Shown here: in pieces, positions 31,801 through 45,600 of the stretch
Numbering within the stretch: the stretch's first letter is position 1
Layout of the letters: every line of letters starts with the position of its first letter
NCBI GenBank assembly: GCA_964016885.1
Contig: OZ024742.1
Location: forward strand, 372,682,001 to 372,746,000
DNA: 64,000 bases
Direction: 5' to 3'
Origin: Eledone cirrhosa
Lineage: Eukaryota
Notes under the pieces: model-generated
What the model was told of the DNA's origin: nothing
The model's input: the letters and a program-made list of their open reading frames with translations, nothing else
Databases searched by the model: none
Position numbers and translations under genes: made by a program

Positions 31801-34800
31801 TTTCTATATAAACTGTAAATTTCATTCTATAAACTCTAAATCTCTTTCTATATAAACTGTAAATCTCATTCTATATAAACTGTAAATCTCTTTCTATATA
31901 AATGTAAATCTCATTCTATATAAACTGAATCTCATTCTATATAAACTGTAAATCTCTTTCTATATAAACTGTAAATCTCATTCTATATAAACTGTAAATC
32001 TCATTCTATATAAACTGTAAATCTCATTCTATAAACTGTAAATCTCTTTCTATATAAACTGTAAATCTCATTCTATATAAGCTGTAAATCTCATTCTATT
32101 AACTGTAAATCTCATTCTATATAAACTGTAAATCTCATTCTATATAAACTGTATATATCATTCTATAAACTGTAAATCTCAGTCTATAAACTGTAAATCT
32201 CTTTCTATATAAACTGTAAATCTCTTTCTATATGAACTGTAAATCTCTTTCTATATAAACTGTAAATCTCATTCTATATAAGCTGTAAATCTCATTCTAT
32301 GAACTGTAAATCTCTTTCTATATAAACTGTAAATCTCATTCTATATAAACTGTAAATCTCATTCTATAAACTGTAAATCTCTTTCTATATAAACTGTAAA
32401 TCTCATTCTATATAAACTGTAAATCTCTTTCTATATAAACTGTAAATTTCATTCTATAAACTGTAAATCTCTTTCTATATAAACTGTAAATCTCATTCTA
32501 TAAACTGTAAATCTCTTTCTATATAAACTGTAAATCTCATTCTATATAAGCTGTAAATCTCATTCTATTAACTGTAAATCTCTTTCTATATAAACTGTAA
32601 ATCTCATTCTATATAAACTCTATATATCATTCTATAAACTGTAAATCTCAGTCTATAAACTGTAAATCTCTTTCTATATAAACTGTAAATCTCTTTCTAT
32701 ATGAACTGTAAATCTCTTTCTATATAAACTGTAAATCTCATTCTATGTAAGCTGTAAATCTCATTCTATGAACTGGAAATCTCTTTCTATATAAACTGTA
32801 AATCTCATTCTATGTAAACTGTAAATCTCATTCTATATAAACTGTAAATCTCTTTCTATATAAACTGTAAATCTCATTCTATATAAACTGTAAATCTCTT
32901 TCTATATAAACTGTAAATCTCATTCTATATAAAGTGTAAATCCCATTCTATAAACTGTAAATCTCTTTCTATATAACCTGTAAATCTCTTTCTATAGAAA
33001 CTGTAAATCTCATGCTATAAACGGTAAATCTCATTCTATATAAACTGTAAATCTCATTCTATATAAACTCTGAATCTGATTCTATATAAACTGTAACTCT
33101 CATTTTATATAAACTGTGAATCTCATTCTATATAAACTGTATATCTCATTCTATATAAACTGTAAATCTCATTCGATAAACTGTAAATCTCTTTTTATAT
33201 AAAATGTAAATCTCATTCTATAAACTGTAAATCTCTTTCTATATAAACTCTAAATCTCATTCTATATAAACTGTAAATCTCTTTCTATATAAACTGTAAA
33301 TCTCATGCTATAAACTGAAAATCTCATTCTATATAAACTGTAAATCTCTTTCTATATAAACTCTGAATCTGATTCTATATAAACTGTAACTCTCATTTCA
33401 TATAAACTGTAAATCTCATTCTATATAAACTGTAAATCTCATTCTATGAACTGTAAATCTCTTTCTATATAAACTGTAAATCTCATTCTATATAAACTGT
33501 AAATTTCATTCTATAAACTGTAAATCTCTTTCTATATAAACTGTAAATCTCATTCTATATAAACTGTAAATCTCTTTCTATATAAACTGTAAATCTCATT
33601 CTATATAAACTGTGAATCTCATTCTATAAACTGTAAATCTCTTTCTATATAAACTGTAAATATCATTCTATATACACTGTAAATCTCTTTCTATATAAAC
33701 TGTAAATCCCATTCTATATAAACTGTATATATCATTCTATAAACTGTAAATCACATTCTATAAACTGCAAATCTCTTTCTATATAAACTGTAAATCTCAT
33801 TCTATATAAACTGTAAATCTCTTTCTATATGAACTGTAAATCTCATTCTATATAACTTGTAAATCTCATTCTATAAACTGTGAATCTCATTCTATATAAA
33901 CTGTAAGTCTCATTCTATAAACTGCAAATCTCATTCTATGAACTGTAAATCTCTTTCTATATAAACTGTAAATCTCATTCTATATAAAATGTAAATCTCA
34001 TTCTATAAACTGTAAATCTCTTTCTGTATAAACTGTAAATCTCATTCTATATAAACTGTAAATCTCTTTCTATATAAACTGTAAATTTCATTCTATAAAC
34101 TGTAAATCTCTTTCTATATAAACTGTAAATCTAATTCTATATAAACTGTAAATCTCTTTCTATATAAACTGTAAATCTCATTCTATATAAACTGTGAATC
34201 TCATTCTATAAGCTGTAAATCTCTTTCTATATAAACTGTAAATCTCATTCTATATACACTGTAAATCTCTTTCTATATAAACTGTAAATCTCATTCTATA
34301 TAAACTGTAAATCTCATTCTATAAACTGTAAATCCCTTTCCATATAAACTGTAAATCTCATTCTATATAAGCTGTAAATCTCATTCTATAAACTGTACAT
34401 CTCTTTCTATATAAACTGTAAATCCCATTCTATATAAACTGTATATATCATTCTATAAAATGTAAATCTCATTCTATATACTGTAAATCTCTTTCTATAT
34501 AAACTGTAAATCTAATTCTATATTAACTGTAAATCTGATTCTATAAACTGTAAATCTCTTTCTATATAAACTGTAAATCTCACTCTATATAAACTGTAAA
34601 TCTCTTTCTATATAAACTGTAAATCTCGTTCTATATAAGCTGTAAATCTCATTCTATAAACTGTAAATCTCTTTCTATATAAACTGTAAATCCCATTCTA
34701 TATAAACTGTATATATCACTCTATAAACTGTAAATCACATTCTATAAACTGTAAATCTCTTTCTATATAAACTGTAAATCTCATTCTATATAAACTGTAA

Positions 34801-37800
34801 ATCTATTTCTATATGAACTGTAAATCTCATTCTATATAAATTGTAAATTTCATTCTATAAACTGTGAATCTCATTCTATATAAACTGTAAATCTCATTCT
34901 ATAAACTGTAAATCTCATTCTATGAACTGTAAATCTCTTTCTATATAAACTGTAAATCTCATTCTATATAAACTGTAAATCTCATTCTATAAACTGTAAA
35001 TCTCTTTCTGTATAAACTGTAAATCTCATTCTATATAAACTGTAAATCTCTTTCTATATAAACTGTAAATTTCATTCTATAAACTGTAAATCTCATTCTA
35101 TATAAACTGTAAATCTCATTCTATAAACTGTAAATCTCATTCTATATAAACTGTAAATCTCTTTCTATATAACCTGTAAATCTCTTTCTATATAACCTGT
35201 AAATCTCTTTCTATATAAACTGTTAATCTCATGCTATAAACTGTAAATCTCATTCTATATAAACTGTAAATCTCTTTCTATATAACCTGTAAATCTCTTT
35301 CTATATAACCTGTAAATCTCTTTCTCTATAAACTGTAAATCTCATCCTATATAAACTGTAAATCACATTCTATAAACTGTAAATCTCTTTCTATATAAAC
35401 TGTAAATCTCATTCTATATAAACTGTAAATCTATTTCTATATGAACTGTAAATCTCATTCTATATAAATTGTAAATTTCATTCTATAAACTGTGAATCTC
35501 ATTCTATATAAACTGTAAATCTCATTCTATAAACTGTAAATCTCATTCTATGAACTGTAAATCTCTTTCTATATAAACTGTAAATCTCATTCTATATAAA
35601 CTGTAAATCTCATTCTATAAACTGTAAATCTCTTTCTGTATAAACTGTAAATCTCATTCTATATAAACTGTAAATCTCTTTCTATATAAACTGTAAATTT
35701 CATTCTATAAACTGTAAATCTCATTCTATATAAACTGTAAATCTCATTCTATATAAACTGTGAATCTCATTCTATATAAACTGAAATTCTCATTCTATAT
35801 TTACTGTAAATCTCATTCTATAAACTGTAAGTCTCTTTCTATATAAGCTGTAAATCTCATTCTATATAAACTGTAAATCTCATTCTATAAACTGTAAATC
35901 TCATTCTATATAAACTGTAAATCTCATTCTATAAACTGTGAATCTTTTTCTATATAAACTGTAAATCTCATTCTATATAATCTGTAAATCTCATTCTATA
36001 AACTGTAAATCTCATTCTATATAAACTGTAAATCTCTTTCTATATAAACTGTAAATCTCATTCTATATAAACTGTAAATCTCATTCTATAAACTGTAAAT
36101 CTCTTTCTATATAAACTGTAAATCTCATTCTATATAAGCTGTAAATCTCATTCTATAAACTGTAAATCTCATTCTATATAAACTGTAAATCTCATTCTAT
36201 ATAAACTGTATATATCATTCTATAAACTGTAATTCTCAGTCTATAAACTGTAAATCTCGTTCTATATAAACTGTAAATCTCTTTCTATATGAACTGTAAA
36301 TCACTTTCTATATAAACTCTGAATCTCATTCTATATAAGCTGTAAATCTCATTCTATGAACTGTAAATCTCTTTCTATATAAACTGTAAATCTCATTCTA
36401 TATAAACTGTAAATCTCTTTCTATATAAACTGTAAATTTCATTCTATAAACTGTAAATCTCCTTCTATATAAACTGTAAATCTCATTCTATATAAACTGT
36501 AAATCTCTTTCTATATAAACTGTAAATCTCATTCTATATAAACTGTGAATCTCATTCTATAAACTGTAAATCTCATTCTATATGAACTGTAAATCTCGTT
36601 CTATATAAGCTGTAAATCTCATTCTATAAACTGTAAATCTCTTTCTATATAAACTGTAAATCTCATTCTATATAAACTGTATATATCATTCTATAAACTG
36701 TAAATCTCATTCTATAAACTGTAAATCTCTTTCTATATAAACTGTAAATCTCATTCTATATAAACTGTAAATCTCTTTCTATATGAACTGTAAATCTCAT
36801 TCTATATAACTTGTAAATCTCATTCTATAAACTGTGAATCTCATTCTATATAAACTGTAAGTCTCATTCTATAAACTGCAAATCTCATTCTATGAACTGT
36901 AAATCTCTTTCTATATAAACTGTAAATCTCATTCTATATAAAATGTAAATCTCATTCTATAAACTGTAAATCTCTTTCTGTATAAACTGTAAATCTCATT
37001 CTATATAAACTGTAAATCTCTTTCTATATAAACTGTAAATTTCATTCTATAAACTGTAAATCTCTTTCTATATAAACTGTAAATCTAATTCTATATAAAC
37101 TGTAAATCTCTTTCTATATAAACTGTAAATCTCATTCTATATAAACTGTGAATCTCATTCTATAAGCTGTAAATCTCTTTCTATATAAACTGTAAATCTC
37201 ATTCTATATACACTGTAAATCTCTTTCTATATAAACTGTAAATCTCATTCTATATAAACTGTAAATCTCATTCTATAAACTGTAAATCCCTTTCCATATA
37301 AACTGTAAATCTCATTCTATATAAGCTGTAAATCTCATTCTATAAACTGTACATCTCTTTCTATATAAACTGTAAATCCCATTCTATATAAACTGTATAT
37401 ATCATTCTATAAACTGTAAATCTCATTCTATATACTGTAAATCTCTTTCTATATAAACTGTAAATCTAATTCTATATTAACTGTAAATCTGATTCTATAA
37501 ACTGTAAATCTCTTTCTATATAAACTGTAAATCTCACTCTATATAAACTGTAAATCTCTTTCTATATAAACTGGAAATCTCGTTCTATATAAGCTGTAAA
37601 TCTCATTCTATAAACTGTAAATCTCTTTCTATATAAACTGTAAATCCCATTCTATATAAACTGTATATATCATTCTATAAACTGTAAATCACATTCTATA
37701 AACTGTAAATCTCTTTCTATATAAACTGTAAATCTCATTCTATATAAACTGTAAATCTATTTCTATATGAACTGTAAATCTCATTCTATATAAATTGTAA

Positions 37801-40800
37801 ATCTCATTCTATAAACTGTGAATTTCATTCTATATAAACTGTAAATCTCATTCTATAAACTGTAAATCTCATTCTATGAACTGTAAATCTCTTTCTATAT
37901 AAACTGTAAATCTCATTCTATATAAACTGTAAATCTCATTCTATAAACTGTAAATCTCTTTCTGTATAAACTGTAAATCTCATTCTATATAAACTGTAAA
38001 TCTCTCTCTATATAAACTGTAAATTTCATTCTATAAACTGTAAATCTCATTCTATATAAACTGTAAATCTCATTCTATAAACTGTAAATCTCATTCTATA
38101 TAAACTGTAAACTCTCTTTCTATATAACCTGTAAATCTCTTTCTATATAACCTGTAAATCTCTTTCTATATAAACTGTTAATCTCATGCTATAAACTGTA
38201 AATCTCATTCTATATAAACTGTAAATCTCTTTCTATATAACCTGTAAATCTCTTTCTATATAACCTGTAAATCTCTTTCTATATAAACTGTAAATCTCAT
38301 GCTATAGACTGTAAATCTCATTCTATATAAACTGTAAATCTCATTCTATGAACTGTAAATCTCTTTCTATATAAACTGTAAATCTCTTTCTATATAAACT
38401 GTTAATCTCATGCTATAAACTGTAAATCTCATTCTATATGAACTGTAAATCTCTTTCTATATAAACTGTAAATCTCATTCTATATAATCTGTAAATCTCA
38501 TTCGATAAACTGTAAATCTCTTTTTATATAAACAGTAAATCCCATTCTATATAAACTGTAAATCTCATTCTATGAACTGTAAATCTCTTTCTATATAAAC
38601 TGTAAATCTCATTCTATATAAAATGTAAATCTCATTCTATAAACTGTAAATCTCTTTCTATATAAACTGTAAATCTCATTCTATATAAACTGTAAATCTC
38701 TTTCTATATAAACTGTAAATTTCATTCTATAAACTCTAAATCTCTTTCTATATAAACTGTAAATCTCATTCTATATAAACTGTAAATCTCTTTCTATATA
38801 AATGTAAATCTCATTCTATATAAACTGAATCTCATTCTATATAAACTGTAAATCTCTTTCTATATAAACTGTAAATCTCATTCTATATAAACTGTAAATC
38901 TCATTCTATATAAACTGTAAATCTCATTCTATAAACTGTAAATCTCTTTCTATATAAACTGTAAATCTCATTCTATATAAGCTGTAAATCTCATTCTATT
39001 AACTGTAAATCTCATTCTATATAAACTGTAAATCTCATTCTATATAAACTGTATATATCATTCTATAAACTGTAAATCTCAGTCTATAAACTGTAAATCT
39101 CTTTCTATATAAACTGTAAATCTCTTTCTATATGAACTGTAAATCTCTTTCTATATAAACTGTAAATCTCATTCTATATAAGCTGTAAATCTCATTCTAT
39201 GAACTGTAAATCTCTTTCTATATAAACTGTAAATCTCATTCTATATAAACTGTAAATCTCATTCTATAAACTGTAAATCTCTTTCTATATAAACTGTAAA
39301 TCTCATTCTATATAAACTGTAAATCTCTTTCTATATAAACTGTAAATTTCATTCTATAAACTGTAAATCTCTTTCTATATAAACTGTAAATCTCATTCTA
39401 TAAACTGTAAATCTCTTTCTATATAAACTGTAAATCTCATTCTATATAAGCTGTAAATCTCATTCTATTAACTGTAAATCTCTTTCTATATAAACTGTAA
39501 ATCTCATTCTATATAAACTCTATATATCATTCTATAAACTGTAAATCTCAGTCTATAAACTGTAAATCTCTTTCTATATAAACTGTAAATCTCTTTCTAT
39601 ATGAACTGTAAATCTCTTTCTATATAAACTGTAAATCTCATTCTATGTAAGCTGTAAATCTCATTCTATGAACTGGAAATCTCTTTCTATATAAACTGTA
39701 AATCTCATTCTATGTAAACTGTAAATCTCATTCTATATAAACTGTAAATCTCTTTCTATATAAACTGTAAATCTCATTCTATATAAACTGTAAATCTCTT
39801 TCTATATAAACTGTAAATCTCATTCTATATAAAGTGTAAATCCCATTCTATAAACTGTAAATCTCTTTCTATATAACCTGTAAATCTCTTTCTATAGAAA
39901 CTGTAAATCTCATGCTATAAACGGTAAATCTCATTCTATATAAACTGTAAATCTCATTCTATATAAACTCTGAATCTGATTCTATATAAACTGTAACTCT
40001 CATTTTATATAAACTGTGAATCTCATTCTATATAAACTGTATATCTCATTCTATATAAACTGTAAATCTCATTCGATAAACTGTAAATCTCTTTTTATAT
40101 AAAATGTAAATCTCATTCTATAAACTGTAAATCTCTTTCTATATAAACTCTAAATCTCATTCTATATAAACTGTAAATCTCTTTCTATATAAACTGTAAA
40201 TCTCATGCTATAAACTGAAAATCTCATTCTATATAAACTGTAAATCTCTTTCTATATAAACTCTGAATCTGATTCTATATAAACTGTAACTCTCATTTCA
40301 TATAAACTGTAAATCTCATTCTATATAAACTGTAAATCTCATTCTATGAACTGTAAATCTCTTTCTATATAAACTGTAAATCTCATTCTATATAAACTGT
40401 AAATTTCATTCTATAAACTGTAAATCTCTTTCTATATAAACTGTAAATCTCATTCTATATAAACTGTAAATCTCTTTCTATATAAACTGTAAATCTCATT
40501 CTATATAAACTGTGAATCTCATTCTATAAACTGTAAATCTCTTTCTATATAAACTGTAAATATCATTCTATATACACTGTAAATCTCTTTCTATATAAAC
40601 TGTAAATCCCATTCTATATAAACTGTATATATCATTCTATAAACTGTAAATCACATTCTATAAACTGCAAATCTCTTTCTATATAAACTGTAAATCTCAT
40701 TCTATATAAACTGTAAATCTCTTTCTATATGAACTGTAAATCTCATTCTATATAACTTGTAAATCTCATTCTATAAACTGTGAATCTCATTCTATATAAA

Positions 40801-42653
40801 CTGTAAGTCTCATTCTATAAACTGCAAATCTCATTCTATGAACTGTAAATCTCTTTCTATATAAACTGTAAATCTCATTCTATATAAAATGTAAATCTCA
40901 TTCTATAAACTGTAAATCTCTTTCTGTATAAACTGTAAATCTCATTCTATATAAACTGTAAATCTCTTTCTATATAAACTGTAAATTTCATTCTATAAAC
41001 TGTAAATCTCTTTCTATATAAACTGTAAATCTAATTCTATATAAACTGTAAATCTCTTTCTATATAAACTGTAAATCTCATTCTATATAAACTGTGAATC
41101 TCATTCTATAAGCTGTAAATCTCTTTCTATATAAACTGTAAATCTCATTCTATATACACTGTAAATCTCTTTCTATATAAACTGTAAATCTCATTCTATA
41201 TAAACTGTAAATCTCATTCTATAAACTGTAAATCCCTTTCCATATAAACTGTAAATCTCATTCTATATAAGCTGTAAATCTCATTCTATAAACTGTACAT
41301 CTCTTTCTATATAAACTGTAAATCCCATTCTATATAAACTGTATATATCATTCTATAAAATGTAAATCTCATTCTATATACTGTAAATCTCTTTCTATAT
41401 AAACTGTAAATCTAATTCTATATTAACTGTAAATCTGATTCTATAAACTGTAAATCTCTTTCTATATAAACTGTAAATCTCACTCTATATAAACTGTAAA
41501 TCTCTTTCTATATAAACTGTAAATCTCGTTCTATATAAGCTGTAAATCTCATTCTATAAACTGTAAATCTCTTTCTATATAAACTGTAAATCCCATTCTA
41601 TATAAACTGTATATATCACTCTATAAACTGTAAATCACATTCTATAAACTGTAAATCTCTTTCTATATAAACTGTAAATCTCATTCTATATAAACTGTAA
41701 ATCTATTTCTATATGAACTGTAAATCTCATTCTATATAAATTGTAAATTTCATTCTATAAACTGTGAATCTCATTCTATATAAACTGTAAATCTCATTCT
41801 ATAAACTGTAAATCTCATTCTATGAACTGTAAATCTCTTTCTATATAAACTGTAAATCTCATTCTATATAAACTGTAAATCTCATTCTATAAACTGTAAA
41901 TCTCTTTCTGTATAAACTGTAAATCTCATTCTATATAAACTGTAAATCTCTTTCTATATAAACTGTAAATTTCATTCTATAAACTGTAAATCTCATTCTA
42001 TATAAACTGTAAATCTCATTCTATAAACTGTAAATCTCATTCTATATAAACTGTAAATCTCTTTCTATATAACCTGTAAATCTCTTTCTATATAACCTGT
42101 AAATCTCTTTCTATATAAACTGTTAATCTCATGCTATAAACTGTAAATCTCATTCTATATAAACTGTAAATCTCTTTCTATATAACCTGTAAATCTCTTT
42201 CTATATAACCTGTAAATCTCTTTCTCTATAAACTGTAAATCTCATCCTATATAAACTGTAAATCACATTCTATAAACTGTAAATCTCTTTCTATATAAAC
42301 TGTAAATCTCATTCTATATAAACTGTAAATCTATTTCTATATGAACTGTAAATCTCATTCTATATAAATTGTAAATTTCATTCTATAAACTGTGAATCTC
42401 ATTCTATATAAACTGTAAATCTCATTCTATAAACTGTAAATCTCATTCTATGAACTGTAAATCTCTTTCTATATAAACTGTAAATCTCATTCTATATAAA
42501 CTGTAAATCTCATTCTATAAACTGTAAATCTCTTTCTGTATAAACTGTAAATCTCATTCTATATAAACTGTAAATCTCTTTCTATATAAACTGTAAATTT
42601 CATTCTATAAACTGTAAATCTCATTCTATATAAACTGTAAATCTCATTCTATA
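28824..42653 (+). repeat. Apparently perfect tandem duplication, 2 x 6900 bp (about 28824-35723 and 35724-42623)
   Basis: Printed lines 6900 apart read the same wherever I compared them, e.g. 28861/35761, TCACTTTC 29401/36301, C insertion 31201/38101, AAAGTG 32931/39831, 35281/42181. Confidence 0.96.
29810..35325 (+). repeat. Right-domain module (~1.5 kb) repeated at an offset of 3946 bp
   Basis: The TTG of AACTTGT occurs at 29911/33857 and TCCCTTTCC at 30387/34333. Confidence 0.85.
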
Positions 42654-45600
42654 AACTGTAAATCTCATTCTATATAAACTGTAAATCTCTTTCTATATAA
42701 CCTGTAAATCTCTTTCTATATAACCTGTAAATCTCTTTCTATATAAACTGTTAATCTCATGCTATAAACTGTAAATCTCATTCTATATAAACTGTAAATC
42801 TCTTTCTATATAACCTGTAAATCTCTTTCTATATAACCTGTAAATCTCTTTCTCTATAAACTGTAAATCTCATCCTATATAAACTGTAAATCTCATTCTA
42901 TGAACTGTAAATCTCTTTCTATATAAACTGTAAATCTCATTCTATATAAAATGTAAATCTCATTCTATAAACTGTAAATCTCTTTCTATATAAACTGTAA
43001 ATCTCATTCTATATGAACTGTAAATCTCTTTCTATATAAACTGTAAATTTCATTCTATAAACTCTAAATCTCTTTCTATATAAACTGTAAATCTCATTCT
43101 ATATAAACTGAATCTCATTCTATATAAACTGTAAATCTCTTTCTATATAAACTGTAAATCTCATTCTATATAAACTGTAAATCTCATTCTATATAAACTG
43201 TAAATCTCATTCTATAAACTGTAAATCTCTTTCTATATAAACTGTAAATCTCATTCTATATAAGCTGTAAATCTCATTGTATTAACTGTAAATCTCATTC
43301 TATATAAACTGTAAATCTCATTCTATATAAACTGTATATATCATTCTATAAACTGTAAATCTCAGTCTATAAACTGTAAATCTCTTTCTATATAAACTGT
43401 AAATCTCTTTCTATATGAACTGTAAATCTCTTTCTATATAAACTGTAAATCTCATTCTATATAAGCTGTAAATCTCATTCTATGAACTGTAAATCTCTTT
43501 CTATATAAACTGTAAATCTCATTCTATATAAACTGTAAATCTCATTCTATAAACTGTAAATCTCTTTCTATATAAACTGTAAATCTCATTCTATATAAAC
43601 TGTAAATCTCTTTCTATATAAACTGTAAATTTCATTCAATAAACTGTAAATCTCTTTCTATATAAACTGTAAATCTCATTCTATATAAACTGTAAATCTC
43701 TTTCTATATAAACTGTAAATCTTATTCTATATAAACTGTAAATCTCATTCTATAAACTGTAAATCTCTTTCTATATAAACTGTAAATCCCATTCTATATA
43801 AGCTGTAAATCTCATTCTATTAACTGTAAATCTCTTTCTATATAAACTGTAAATCTCATTCTATATAAACTCTATATATCATTCTATAAACTGTAAATCT
43901 CAGTCTATAAACTGTAAATCTCTTTCTATATAAACTGTAAATCTCTTTCTATATGAACTGTAAATCTCTTTCTATATAAACTGTAAATCTCATTCTATGT
44001 AAGCTGTAAATCTCATTCTATGAACTGGAAATCTCTTTCTATATAAACTGTAAATCTCATTCTATATAAGCTGTAAATCTCATTCTATGAACTGTAAATA
44101 TCTTTCTATATAAACTGTAAATCTCATTCTACATAAACTGTAAATCTCATTCTATAAACTGTAAATCTCTTTCTATATAAACTGTAAATCTCATTCTATA
44201 TAAACTGTAAATCTCTTTCTATATAAACTGTAAATTTCATTCTATAAACTGTAAATCTCTTTCTATATAAACTGTAAATCTCATTCTATATAAACTGTAA
44301 ATCTCATTCTATATAAGCTGTAAATCTCATTCTATTAACTGTAAATCTCTTTCTATATAAACTGTAAATCTCATTCTATATAAACTGTATATATCATTCT
44401 ATAAACTGTAAATCTCAGTCTATAAACTGTAAATCTCTTTCTCTATAAACTGTAAATCTCTTTCTATATGAACTGTAAATCTCTTTCTATATAAACTGTA
44501 AATCTCATTCTATGTAAGCTGTAAATCTCATTCTATGATCTGTAAATCTCTTTCTATATAAACTGTAAATCTCATTCTATATAAACTGTAAATCTCATTC
44601 TATGAACTGTAAATCTCTTTCTATATAAACTGTAAATCTCATTCTATATAAACTGTAAATTTCATTCTATAAACTGTAAATCTCTTTCTATATAAACTGT
44701 AAATCTCATTCTATATAAACTGTAAATCTCTTTCTATATAAACTGTAAATCTCATTCTATATAAACTGTGAATCTCATTCTTTAAACTGTAAATCTCTTT
44801 CTATATAAACTGTAAATATCATTCTATATACACTGTAAATCTCTTTCTATATAAACTGTAAATCCCATTCTATATAAACTGTATATATCATTCTATAAAC
44901 TGTAAATCACATTCTATAAACTGTAAATCTCTTTCTATATAAACTGTAAATCTCATTCTATATAAACTGTAAATCTCTTTCTATATGAACTGTAAATCTC
45001 ATTCTATATAACTTGTAAATCTCATTCTATAAACTGTGAATCTCATTCTATATAAACTGTAAGTCTCATTCTATAAACTGCAAATCTCATTCTATGAACT
45101 GTAAATCTCTTTCTATATAAACTGTAAATCTCATTCTATATAAAATGTAAATCTCATTCTATAAACTGTAAATCTCTTTCTGTATAAACTGTAAATCTCA
45201 TTCTATATAAACTGTAAATCTCTTTCTATATAAACTGTAAATTTCATTCTATAAACTGTAAATCTCTTTCTATATAAACTGTAAATCTAATTCTATATAA
45301 ACTGTAAATCTCTTTCTATATAAACTGTAAATCTCATTCTATATAAACTGTGAATCTCATTCTATAAGCTGTAAATCTCTTTCTATATAAACTGTAAATC
45401 TCATACTATATACACTGTAAATCTCTTTCTATATAAACTGTAAATCTCATTCTATATAAACTGTAAATCTCATTCTATAAACTGTAAATCCCTTTCCATA
45501 TAAACTGTAAATCTCATTCTATATAAGCTGTAAATCCCATTCTATAAACTGTACATCTCTTTCTATATAAACTGTAAATCCCATTCTATATAAACTGTAT

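Noticed and set aside
33193-33204. Double substitution producing the palindrome TTTTATATAAAA as a template-switch signature
   Set aside because: Both substitutions exist separately in nearby monomers (~31621 and ~31721), so an in-register deletion joining them explains it more simply.
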